Virus record (IMG/VR): IMGVR_UViG_3300028797_000098
Location: 102,321-166,320 of that record
Source of the DNA: a virus
Lineage: Duplodnaviria > Heunggongvirae > Uroviricota > Caudoviricetes
Reading direction: 5' to 3' (one strand)
Length of the DNA stretch: 64,000 nucleotides
Shown: positions 44,885-53,724 of the stretch, one piece after another
Position numbering within the stretch: position 1 is the stretch's first letter
Layout: each line of letters begins with the position of its first letter
Notes under the pieces: generated by a model
Database searches by the model: none
What the model was told of the DNA's origin: nothing
Seen by the model: only the letters and a program-made list of their open reading frames with translations
Made by a program: the position numbers and the translations under genes

Positions 44885-46141
44885 ATGTTTACCGAAATCG
44901 CATGCAACATCATCAAGGCCACCGACGACAAAGTGCCTGATATCGAGGCTGCAGAGTTTAACCTGAAAGGGAAGAAAGCCAACCTTGACCTTGTCCAGAA
45001 GGAATATGAACAAGCCAAGAAATCGCTTCATAAGGCTAAGATGGCGCAATACAATGCCCGAAAGAAGGTCGTGCAGGATTATATCGACAATGTCCTTATG
45101 AACATGCGGGCGCCTGAAACCTACGATCCAGACCGTGTGAAGAAGCTGCGCAGCATCCTGGCAAGCTATGACGAAAAGGACACCTATGTCAAGCGTCTTG
45201 AAATCCTGACCGCAATCCGCGAACTGCAACTAATTCTTACGGCATTCCCCATCGCCCGCCGAGTGGGCAACATTGTCCGCGAATGGACAGGGAACAAGGA
45301 TGTCGTTATCAGCGAGGATGGCAGTAAAGTCAGCGTAGGTAAAAATGTCATCATGCGGACAGTGGAACAACTGGACCAGAGTGACAGTTTCATATCCAGC
45401 ATATGTCGAGAATACAAGTATAGACACCTGTTGCAATTCTATGGAAGCGAAGCACATTATTCCGGTACTCCAATGGGTTATATTCATGAATTCTGGGAAA
45501 GCAGGTGCCTTGCCCTGCCACTTGATCCTGACATAGTGATTGGTGAAGCCCCGTCAGATGAAGTTGATTTTAACCGGTCAAAATATTCCCGTGCTTTCGA
45601 TTGGTGTAAAAATACTGACAAGTATTCAATAAGGGATATTGGCACTGAATTGTTCAAGGTTGACGGGAGTCGTTTTTCTGGCATGGTTGCCATGTTAGCA
45701 GAGTGTGACCCCAGTGTTGCCGAAAGCACAGTATCCGACATTGACTGGGCAAGCAACTTCATTGTGCTGAATCCGTGCCTTTTTACTGTCAATGAGGTAA
45801 TGAGTAATTACGGACGGTTTACACAGGCCCACTATAAGGGTTGCACGGACATGTATCATAATTCCAAGTCTCACCTTGATTTTTACATCAACCGCATCAA
45901 CGAGAAATTGCAGGAATGTGCCCCCAAGACTGTCAAGGATATCAAGTTCGATGCGGACTTGATGGCGGTCACCTGGCGCGATCCGTATGACAAGGACATG
46001 GCGTTTGACCCGGACACATGTGAAATGCAGCATCCGTCGCAGACGGTCCATAAGCTGGATGTGCGAAATGTTATATTGTACTATGTCGTTATGTATGCCT
46101 ACAAGCACATACCTGGCATGAAGAAGCCGGACGAGGTTTGA
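44885..46141 (+). CDS. hypothetical protein
   Basis: Long ORF, N-terminal coiled coil. Confidence 0.8.
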   Translation: MFTEIACNIIKATDDKVPDIEAAEFNLKGKKANLDLVQKEYEQAKKSLHKAKMAQYNARKKVVQDYIDNVLMNMRAPETYDPDRVKKLRSILASYDEKDTYVKRLEILTAIRELQLILTAFPIARRVGNIVREWTGNKDVVISEDGSKVSVGKNVIMRTVEQLDQSDSFISSICREYKYRHLLQFYGSEAHYSGTPMGYIHEFWESRCLALPLDPDIVIGEAPSDEVDFNRSKYSRAFDWCKNTDKYSIRDIGTELFKVDGSRFSGMVAMLAECDPSVAESTVSDIDWASNFIVLNPCLFTVNEVMSNYGRFTQAHYKGCTDMYHNSKSHLDFYINRINEKLQECAPKTVKDIKFDADLMAVTWRDPYDKDMAFDPDTCEMQHPSQTVHKLDVRNVILYYVVMYAYKHIPGMKKPDEV

Positions 46142-46162
46142 CAATAATTCCCGTTAACATAC

Positions 46163-46191
46163 AAAAAGCACCGGTGAGAACCGGTGCTTTT
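46163..46191. terminator. bidirectional intrinsic terminator
   Basis: AAAAA-GCACCGGT-GAGA-ACCGGTGC-TTTT between convergent genes. Confidence 0.85.
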
Positions 46192-46212
46192 CCGTTTAAT
46201 GTGTAGTATCGA

Positions 46213-47151
46213 CTAGCGGCACTTGCGTTCAACTGCGTTGTAACAGATGGCGCGGATTGCATCGTCGGAGAGGTGGTCGGAGTTGCCGAACACGCTTTCG
46301 AAGCATGCGCGGAGGTCGGAAGTTGCGATGGATTCCTCGGCAACATTGTCCGAGAGAGCCTTCTTTGCAAAGTTCCATGCCTTCTTTGCGATGCGGCCTG
46401 GACGGGTCGGGTCGTACTTCATTGCATCCTTGAACTTGCTCCAGAACCCTGGCTTCTTTTCTTCCTTCTTTGGTGCATTGCCATTCTGTTCAGGCTTGGC
46501 TTCGGCCTTGGCATCGGGCTTCTGATTGGCTTCTTCCGTCTGTTTGGCTTCAGCCTTCTTCTTTTCCTCGGCTGCCTTCTTTTCGTTGTTCCGGTCGTCA
46601 ATCCACTTCTTCTTGTCAGCGTCGTACTTTGCACGCTTCATTTCAGGCGTGATGAAACCACCGGCACCGCGCTCACGCTTGACCTTCTTCTTGGATTCGT
46701 CAGCCCATACGAGGCCGCCTTCTTCACTGTCAAGGTATTCCTCGATAGTCGGACGGAGAGTGTTTTCAACCCATGCGTCGAGTTCGCCCGGGGCGATTTC
46801 GGCATATTCTTCCAGGGTGTGTTCGGCTGTCTTGACCCTGCGCTTCATGCCGTTGAGCTGCTTGCCCCACTGCTTGTTGCGGGCTTCGACATCGGAGTTG
46901 TAGGCATTCTTCTCATCCTGGCTCATCTGCTTGCTTGCCGGGCCATTATGCGTACGCATGGAAGGGTCCTTGGTCCTGGAAATCTCGGCCATGTTACGGT
47001 CAAAGATGCCTTCAAGCTGGGCACTTCCCGCAAACACCTGGCGGGCTTCCTGGATGAACTGTTTTTCCCGTTCAGTAGTGGCAACACTTTCAAGACGGGC
47101 TGTGAAATCAAGAAAACGTTTGCATTTTTCGTTGGTCATGGAGAACTCCAT
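46213..47151 (-). CDS. hypothetical charged low-complexity protein
   Basis: Isolated minus-strand ORF, K/E/A-rich; TATAAGCTAT upstream. Confidence 0.75.
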   Translation of the reverse strand: MEFSMTNEKCKRFLDFTARLESVATTEREKQFIQEARQVFAGSAQLEGIFDRNMAEISRTKDPSMRTHNGPASKQMSQDEKNAYNSDVEARNKQWGKQLNGMKRRVKTAEHTLEEYAEIAPGELDAWVENTLRPTIEEYLDSEEGGLVWADESKKKVKRERGAGGFITPEMKRAKYDADKKKWIDDRNNEKKAAEEKKKAEAKQTEEANQKPDAKAEAKPEQNGNAPKKEEKKPGFWSKFKDAMKYDPTRPGRIAKKAWNFAKKALSDNVAEESIATSDLRACFESVFGNSDHLSDDAIRAICYNAVERKCR

Positions 47152-47196
47152 TTTAATGTTTATTCGCGAATATCTATAGCTTATAAGTTTTCGTTA

Positions 47197-47225
47197 TTGC
47201 CATTACAGTCCGTTTTTGCTATATT
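47197..47225 (+). promoter_or_regulatory. sigma70-like promoter TTGCCA-N17-TATATT
   Basis: Consensus; ATG 6 nt downstream. Confidence 0.85.
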
Positions 47226-47231
47226 CAGCAT

Positions 47232-47573
47232 ATGACAAGAGAGAATTCCAATAAAAGCTTGGTTGCCGACAACACCAGGCTGCAACATGAAGTAGATAAG
47301 CTTTCCAGGGCGCTCCTGGAAGTAAAGCACGGCAAGTCATTCTACATGGTTTCAAGCGAAACGTCCTTCATCAAGGACGGCGTTTACCGCACATCGCACA
47401 CTCAGCAGTTCTATTGCCGCAAGAAGGATGCCATCATGTTCATGAAGTCGGCGATTGACGAACTCCCGAATGACACTGAAATAAAAGTTAACTGGTCATC
47501 CGCGACATCGGTAACATGCACCGGTGAAAACATCTTCTTTAACTGCAAAGTGGAAAAGATTAACCCGATTTAA
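47232..47573 (+). CDS. hypothetical protein (leaderless candidate)
   Basis: ATG 6 nt after the -10 box. Confidence 0.7.
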   Translation: MTRENSNKSLVADNTRLQHEVDKLSRALLEVKHGKSFYMVSSETSFIKDGVYRTSHTQQFYCRKKDAIMFMKSAIDELPNDTEIKVNWSSATSVTCTGENIFFNCKVEKINPI

Positions 47574-47575
47574 GT

Positions 47576-47860
47576 ATGTTTACGATAGCCAACATGTTAG
47601 CCCAGATGAACGACGGTATCCACCATGTGTCCGATTTCCTCATGGTGGACGATACGGTGCATTACATATCGCCAAAAAACAAGTCATTGGACTTGACTGT
47701 TCAGCTGTTGCCGATACCCAGGGATTCCTTTATTGACGCAATCGATCCGATAGCAGGTGACGATTGGGAAATCATGGAATCCCTGTACGGCAAGTATAAC
47801 TCTTTTGCAATGGAACCGGGTACCAATAAATACTACGCATGGTACGATAACGACAGGTAA
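47576..47860 (+). CDS. hypothetical protein
   Basis: Packed run. Confidence 0.65.
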   Translation: MFTIANMLAQMNDGIHHVSDFLMVDDTVHYISPKNKSLDLTVQLLPIPRDSFIDAIDPIAGDDWEIMESLYGKYNSFAMEPGTNKYYAWYDNDR

Positions 47861-47864
47861 GTAT

Positions 47865-48146
47865 ATGAGCAATGAAAAGCCAATGTCCCCAAGCCAGCAA
47901 CTTATGAAGATTAAGGAAAAGATACAGGCAAAATGCCCGCTGGCTGTCGAGGAGGTGATTTCATCACTGGCAAGATGCGAATTGGTTTATAACAACTGCG
48001 ACGATAAAATTGAAAAATATTTTGCAAAGGAATCGATAAATGTCCTTCAGGATCTAGGCGGGCAGCTACTCTCGCTTGCTGCACATCCGAACATTCAGCA
48101 AATAGTGGAATCTGCACCACAGGGATTTGAACCAGATGGATTATAA
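47865..48146 (+). CDS. hypothetical protein
   Basis: Start moved to MSNEKP. Confidence 0.6.
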   Translation: MSNEKPMSPSQQLMKIKEKIQAKCPLAVEEVISSLARCELVYNNCDDKIEKYFAKESINVLQDLGGQLLSLAAHPNIQQIVESAPQGFEPDGL

Positions 48147-48651
48147 GAAGATATACTGCGACAAGTGGCGTTCGGCATATACAAGCAACACCATCAATGA
48201 AGCGGATGGTAACATCGTTGAGCTTAGGTGGAAAAATGTTCCGCTTGGGGAGCTGTTCTGTGGGCCTACCGGCGTTGTGTTCACCAAGCTGTACAAGTTT
48301 ATGGGCGACCCGGACGTTATCAAGATTCAGGCATTTCCTGCTGCTGAAAAGGAATTCAACACACTGTTGAAAAATGTGGAAAAACTTGAATACATCTGTC
48401 AGCTATATGAAGATGTTGAAACAAGTGACCTGAACATCTACCTATACCGCAATAAGCAGATGTACGGGCAAATAACGTTCTACAATGGCGAGGCTGAATT
48501 TAAGGGTAGGTTGAATGAAGGGTGGAAAACGTCCAAAAACCCGGAAACTTTGATAACCCATGCCAAATGGCTGAAGGACAGGGCCCGCGACCTGGAACTG
48601 ATGGATGACATGGATCTTATCAGTGAACTCGGGAGCATGCTGAAACGATGA
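48136..48651 (+). CDS. hypothetical protein
   Basis: Packed run. Confidence 0.65.
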   Translation: MDYKKIYCDKWRSAYTSNTINEADGNIVELRWKNVPLGELFCGPTGVVFTKLYKFMGDPDVIKIQAFPAAEKEFNTLLKNVEKLEYICQLYEDVETSDLNIYLYRNKQMYGQITFYNGEAEFKGRLNEGWKTSKNPETLITHAKWLKDRARDLELMDDMDLISELGSMLKR

Positions 48652-49118
48652 AGTATATGGCTAACATTGTATACGGTTCAATCATTGGCCGGTTCCTGTT
48701 GCAGATTGCTGACCGTATGCTTCATCCGGACCGGGCGAGTGGGGTAGGTGGCAAATATCTTCTCATGCAGGTTTTTAATCGCACTAGTGGTGAGAAGTCG
48801 GCTCTTGGCGAGAAGTCGGCTCATTATGCAATGGTATTTGGATATGCAGATGATATTGATACTCTTGAATCGCACCTTGCCGAGCTGCTTGCCAAAGGAT
48901 TTAAGCCGATTCAGCCGGAAGGCCGCATGATTATTGCACGCCGCGGTGGATTATATACATATCGTGACACACTTGGAAATGAATATGGCCCAATAACATT
49001 CTTGACTACGACTAGTCGCGGGTGTTGGTGGTATGTTGCGGAAAAATTTGGAATGCAGAAGAAAATATTAGATCAAATTTGCGACGAGGGTACGGCGCCT
49101 GATGAAAGGAAAAGATGA
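48648..49118 (+). CDS. hypothetical protein
   Basis: ATGA overlap; N-terminus like 24808. Confidence 0.65.
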   Translation: MKYMANIVYGSIIGRFLLQIADRMLHPDRASGVGGKYLLMQVFNRTSGEKSALGEKSAHYAMVFGYADDIDTLESHLAELLAKGFKPIQPEGRMIIARRGGLYTYRDTLGNEYGPITFLTTTSRGCWWYVAEKFGMQKKILDQICDEGTAPDERKR

Positions 49119-49338
49119 ATTTGATGATATCGACGGCGCAATCAAGGAGTTCCGCAAGAAGCTGCGGGCGAACTCCGTCCCGTTGCGCCTACGGGACAAG
49201 AGGCTGAAATCTAATGACGGATACCCGGACTATGTTACCCAGGCGGAAATGGATGCGACCGCCATACTTAATGCAAACTATAGGGAAAGCATCAAGAACC
49301 TTGAACTTTTAAAACGTGTATTGGAGGAAACAAAATGA
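49102..49338 (+). CDS. hypothetical protein
   Basis: Packed run. Confidence 0.6.
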   Translation: MKGKDEFDDIDGAIKEFRKKLRANSVPLRLRDKRLKSNDGYPDYVTQAEMDATAILNANYRESIKNLELLKRVLEETK

Positions 49339-49640
49339 GCGAAACAGAAGAGGCGATTGATATCGGGTGCGAATGCGCTGCCAAGGGCATGGTGGGGCAG
49401 GATTTCCCGGAACTGCTTAAACAGCTGGAGGCCAAGGGGTATAAAAGTGGCAGGGTAGTCCACAATCGCCAAAAGGGTACGTCTACCGTACTGATTACCA
49501 ATGGAAGCCACGAGACAAGATTACAATATAAAGTTACATTTAACTGGAAGGAGAAATTCCCTGGCATGGAATCACCGAACAAGGTGGTTGATTGCAAATG
49601 GGTGAAACCACTCCGTCCAGAACCTTTTGAAGTGAGGTGA
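49335..49640 (+). CDS. hypothetical protein
   Basis: GGAGG upstream. Confidence 0.65.
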   Translation: MSETEEAIDIGCECAAKGMVGQDFPELLKQLEAKGYKSGRVVHNRQKGTSTVLITNGSHETRLQYKVTFNWKEKFPGMESPNKVVDCKWVKPLRPEPFEVR

Positions 49641-49945
49641 TTATGTCATCTGTTTTACCGTTTGAAGAAGCATACAGAAAAGTCATTGAACATGCCGCTG
49701 AAGGCGTGGATGTAGATAGCGTATATCGCAATCTCGGACTGGATCCGGAATTTGCCGACGATGCAAGCAAGCTGATGGTTGCTTTGGTGATTATGAACAG
49801 CGGGTGCGTTCAGGAACACGTACCAACCAATGTGGAATACAGCATCAAGGCGGCATGCAAGAATGTCATTGAACGCGGGGAAATCGAAGGGACTTCCCCG
49901 GAAGCGGCAGCCGAATCAATGAGCAAGATGCGCTCAATGATTTAG
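49637..49945 (+). CDS. hypothetical protein
   Basis: GAGG upstream. Confidence 0.65.
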   Translation: MIMSSVLPFEEAYRKVIEHAAEGVDVDSVYRNLGLDPEFADDASKLMVALVIMNSGCVQEHVPTNVEYSIKAACKNVIERGEIEGTSPEAAAESMSKMRSMI

Positions 49946-50487
49946 ATGTATTCGGACTCGTATTCGTGGGCGATGCCGTACTTGATTGCATCGTCCGCCC
50001 CGAGGAATACATCCTCCCGGAGCATCCGGTCAAGGAGGTCCTGGGGGATGGACATGGTGGACAGAAGGTTCCTGAACAGGCCGTTGTAGTAATCCAGTTC
50101 AAGCGCCATGTTCATTGCGTCGTTACGGGTAGTGACGCCACCGGACTCTTCATTGTAGAAAGCCGGGTGTATCATTATCCTTGCATGGCGGTAGATTGTC
50201 CTGCGAACACCAGCACAGAATATCATGGCGCCCATCGAACTTGCCTTCCCGGATGCAATCGTGTTTACTGTGCATCCCTTTGTCCGTGCGATGGTCATCG
50301 CGTCGATGATTCGGAACCCGTCATCAAGGGAGCCGCCATCGCTACAAATGATTAATGTAATCTCCCCCGGCTCGCGGCAAAGCTCGTGGATGGCCCGGAC
50401 GCACTTGTCAGCAGACTCCTCTGAAATCTCCCCGGTCAGCCTAATGATTCGTTCTTCGTTATCGACTTCTAGCTGTTCTTCGTCCAT
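49942..50487 (-). CDS. clpP: ClpP-like serine protease
   Basis: IIRLTGEI, ICSDGGS..DGFRIID, catalytic Ser in KASSMG, His in IMIHP, EDVFL.A.DA..YGI. Confidence 0.85.
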   Translation of the reverse strand: MDEEQLEVDNEERIIRLTGEISEESADKCVRAIHELCREPGEITLIICSDGGSLDDGFRIIDAMTIARTKGCTVNTIASGKASSMGAMIFCAGVRRTIYRHARIMIHPAFYNEESGGVTTRNDAMNMALELDYYNGLFRNLLSTMSIPQDLLDRMLREDVFLGADDAIKYGIAHEYESEYI

Positions 50488-50611
50488 ATGGAACCTCCTG
50501 ATAGGAGTTTATTCATCGCGGCCCGGACCGGACTGCCGTTTCCGGTCGAGGGTAAAATGTTAAAATATATTTACAAGAAAAAAGTAAGAAAAATTCTAAT
50601 TTTAGGCTGAA

Positions 50612-50992
50612 ATGAGCATAAATTGCATCAAATATATACTTTACGGCTGTATCGTTGGCGGGATGGTTCGCAAGATATGGAACCGCACCCATGAGGAAAG
50701 CAAGATTAATCTCAGAGAGGAAAGACCGGTTCCTCCCCCTCCGGCGCTTTCCCTTGATCTGAGTCCAGCGGATTCCTATCAGGATATCAGGCCGGTAGGT
50801 TATGGTTATGCTCGGCGACCGGTCTACCGGGCTACTGATCTAGCCGTAGCCGGATATACGCCGGAGAATAAAGACGGACGTATCATGTTCAATGGCAAAG
50901 TTTTTTCCAGCGCGGCTGAATTATTCCAGGCGATGGAACAGGAAACCTTGTATAGTAAGGAAACCTCCATAATTACACCAGCAGAGGAATGA
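50612..50992 (+). CDS. hypothetical protein
   Basis: Packed run start. Confidence 0.6.
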   Translation: MSINCIKYILYGCIVGGMVRKIWNRTHEESKINLREERPVPPPPALSLDLSPADSYQDIRPVGYGYARRPVYRATDLAVAGYTPENKDGRIMFNGKVFSSAAELFQAMEQETLYSKETSIITPAEE

Positions 50993-51534
50993 TGTCTACA
51001 TACATCAAGAAAGAAGCAATCAAGAACCTATTCTCCACCAATGGCTTTACATTGGTGAAAAACGATTCGGGCCTGGCATTCAGATACAAGAACAAGGCCG
51101 GGTTCTCACTGGAGTTCCCGGTCAAGTGGCTTGACGGTGATGACGACCGGGAATACGACCTGGCACAGGTTCGCCATGTTCTCAACAACATGACCGCTGC
51201 TGCAAAGGAAGAGGCTGCAATCGACGCCTTCATGCGGAACGAGACGAAAATGGCCATGCTGTTTTCCGATGCCAAGGATTATGGCATGGCCTATGACGAA
51301 GACGCCAAGATGTTCATCTACAAGAAGACGAAGACTAGCAAGAAGGCTGAGTTTGTTGCCGAGCTGGATTTCGTGATTGCAGCCAGGATCAAGTCGGAGG
51401 AAGCGGCCAAGCTGGCAGCGAAAAACAAGAAAAAGATGAAGGTGCTTACATTCAAGGAAATCTTCGATATCTTGAAGAAACGCACCGAGGAAGACAAGAA
51501 ACCAAACCCAACACAGGAAAAGGTGAACAAATGA
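50989..51534 (+). CDS. hypothetical protein
   Basis: GAGG upstream. Confidence 0.7.
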   Translation: MMSTYIKKEAIKNLFSTNGFTLVKNDSGLAFRYKNKAGFSLEFPVKWLDGDDDREYDLAQVRHVLNNMTAAAKEEAAIDAFMRNETKMAMLFSDAKDYGMAYDEDAKMFIYKKTKTSKKAEFVAELDFVIAARIKSEEAAKLAAKNKKKMKVLTFKEIFDILKKRTEEDKKPNPTQEKVNK

Positions 51535-51962
51535 GCACTATCGCAGTGGATTTCGACGGAACAATTTGCTACAAAGGGTGGCCTAATATTTCCTATGGTC
51601 GGCCAAACGAACCGTTAATTAATTGGCTGATTAAACGGCAAAAGAAGGGCGACAAGATTATTCTATGGACGTGCCGTGAAAACTATGGCGGCAAGGACTT
51701 CCCCGATGGCGAATATCTTAATGACGCAATAAATTTCTGCAATAGGCATGGATTATATTTTGCCAACTACAATTCCAACGTAATCGGCGACTATTTTGAA
51801 TCTGGCTGGGAACCGAAGAACTTTGGCCGAAAGATTCGATGCGACTTTTACCTTGACGACCGTTCAGTATGTTTCAATCCGGAATCCAAGTGGATGTGGA
51901 GGATCTATCTGTGGCTAGTTGGCCGCAAGCTGGACAAGGAGTCCAGAAAGGGCTTGGAGTAA
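51531..51962 (+). CDS. HAD-superfamily phosphatase-like protein
   Basis: IAVDFDGTI, ILWTCRE, FYLDDR. Confidence 0.8.
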   Translation: MSTIAVDFDGTICYKGWPNISYGRPNEPLINWLIKRQKKGDKIILWTCRENYGGKDFPDGEYLNDAINFCNRHGLYFANYNSNVIGDYFESGWEPKNFGRKIRCDFYLDDRSVCFNPESKWMWRIYLWLVGRKLDKESRKGLE

Positions 51963-51965
51963 AAA

Positions 51966-52565
51966 ATGAAAATTTATTTCATCAGACATGCACCTACATC
52001 GGCAAACCTGACGGGAACGATGGCTGCCGTTTATGACGATGCCGATATAACGCTTCTGGACAAGCCGGATGACTGGGAGGAGCGTGTGGGCTGTCATATA
52101 CCGGAAGAGGCTAGACGCACCATTATCAGCTCCCCTACAAGGCGCTGCATGAGCACCGCCAACATGCTGTTTGAGCGCTATCCCGATGAAGTGAGCAAAG
52201 AACTTGGTGAGTTCGACTGCAAGGGACTGGGTGCACGTAAGTTCTGGGAAATAACCAGGGAAGAGTTTGAGGAACTGGTCCCCCTGCGCCCATCGACAAT
52301 GAAACTGAGAATCAAGGCTATATTGAGCGAGCTTGCCAACAATGTCAAGCATGAAAATGGCGTTGATTCCTTTGTCGCCGTGTCCCATGGGATGGTGATC
52401 CGTTATCTCTATCACTACATTAATGGAAATCCGGACATTTCAGCCTATGACATCATCAACTCCACCGGCTTCAGGTTCTCTAACCTTGACTTGCTTGTTG
52501 TAGATACCGATAAAATGAAAACCGAGTCTTACCATTGGCAAGACCCGGTCAATCATTCGGCTTAG
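51966..52565 (+). CDS. histidine phosphatase (phosphoglycerate mutase-like) family protein
   Basis: YFIRHAPT, SSPTRRC, LGEFD, VAVSHG. Confidence 0.85.
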   Translation: MKIYFIRHAPTSANLTGTMAAVYDDADITLLDKPDDWEERVGCHIPEEARRTIISSPTRRCMSTANMLFERYPDEVSKELGEFDCKGLGARKFWEITREEFEELVPLRPSTMKLRIKAILSELANNVKHENGVDSFVAVSHGMVIRYLYHYINGNPDISAYDIINSTGFRFSNLDLLVVDTDKMKTESYHWQDPVNHSA

Positions 52566-53497
52566 TTGGTTCCGAACAGGTTCTCGGCTACCATGTTGAT
52601 GAACTCATCCTTTTCCGCTGTCGGTATAAGCTGTCCCGCGGCACCAGGATGACCACCGCCACCTCGTCCCAATTCCTTCAAGAACTGCCCGATATTCACA
52701 TCCTTCCGGCTTGTACGGAAGGATAATTTTGTCATACCCGGCGAGCATTCTTCTGGATCCGTGAGTACGAGCCAGTCGTAGTGTTCCAAAAGTCGGATAA
52801 CGATGTCGCTGTTGAAGCGGTCGGTTTCAATATAGTAACCGTTGTATGGTAATTTATGCTGTTCGCACCTGAGCATGTGTTCGTCTACTGCCTTGTCGTG
52901 ATTGTCGAGAATCGGGAGTGTGTCCGAAGGAAGATTATATCCTTCCATCCCGCCCATGAACTTTTCAATGAACTCGTCATAGCCGAGCTCATAGAGCAAA
53001 GTGTTCAGGTTGTCCGAGAGCGGAATCATCTGTCTAATCCAAAGGTCATGGTCGTTGGTGGCCTTGCACAATGTATCCAGGTGTTCCAAGTTTGCAAAGT
53101 GCGCCAGATTCTTAAGGGTAAGAACAGCACCGCAGACTTTCGTATTGACGAGGTACAGTCCCAGTTCATCGTCAAGACGAATGTTGGCTGTCTGGTGATG
53201 GTCGATGACAACGTACGGCTTATTTACCGAGTGTATCAACTGTACCATGTTGTTGTCCGGGGAGAAGTCCGTGATGACGATTGCATCGTAGTTCAGTCCG
53301 GTAATTGCCTCGCAGGCAGATTCGTATTCGGCGGAACCGCGGTAATTCACCTTGACGGTGATTGCGTTCGGGAATACATTTCTTACCACGATACCGGCAA
53401 CTGCGCCATCGAGGTCGGTATGGGTCAGGTTCAGGACGGTCTTGTTGCTCTGTCCCTTATGGGACGCGCTTAGACCAAGTGTGTCGATTATGTTCAT
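52562..53497 (-). CDS. DHH-family phosphoesterase
   Basis: THTDLDG, ITDFSP, VIDHH, GGGHPGAAG. Confidence 0.85.
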   Translation of the reverse strand: MNIIDTLGLSASHKGQSNKTVLNLTHTDLDGAVAGIVVRNVFPNAITVKVNYRGSAEYESACEAITGLNYDAIVITDFSPDNNMVQLIHSVNKPYVVIDHHQTANIRLDDELGLYLVNTKVCGAVLTLKNLAHFANLEHLDTLCKATNDHDLWIRQMIPLSDNLNTLLYELGYDEFIEKFMGGMEGYNLPSDTLPILDNHDKAVDEHMLRCEQHKLPYNGYYIETDRFNSDIVIRLLEHYDWLVLTDPEECSPGMTKLSFRTSRKDVNIGQFLKELGRGGGGHPGAAGQLIPTAEKDEFINMVAENLFGTN

Positions 53498-53724
53498 ACG
53501 GTTCCTATTGGATAAATGAGTTGAAGCTTTTCGAGGAAACGGATAACTGCGGACAGCTCCTCGTTACTGAAGTATTCGGTAAGCGCGGTTCGGTTTCCCA
53601 CTTGGCTTGTCGTATTGCAGCCCTTTCTTCCATTTCAGCAATTTGAGCTGGCGTGTAGACATATTGTACGCTACCACCGCCATTACCGTTGTCACTTACG
53701 ATGTACTTGGCTGCCGCTAAACCC

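Noticed and set aside
8387-47235. Long antisense ORFs (8387-9430, 12717-13607, 38459-39481, 46273-47235 and similar)
   Set aside because: Shadow frames of well-supported genes on the other strand
52620-52640. TATAAGCTG as a late promoter
   Set aside because: Lies inside and antisense to the DHH gene with no downstream gene; consistent with a chance match
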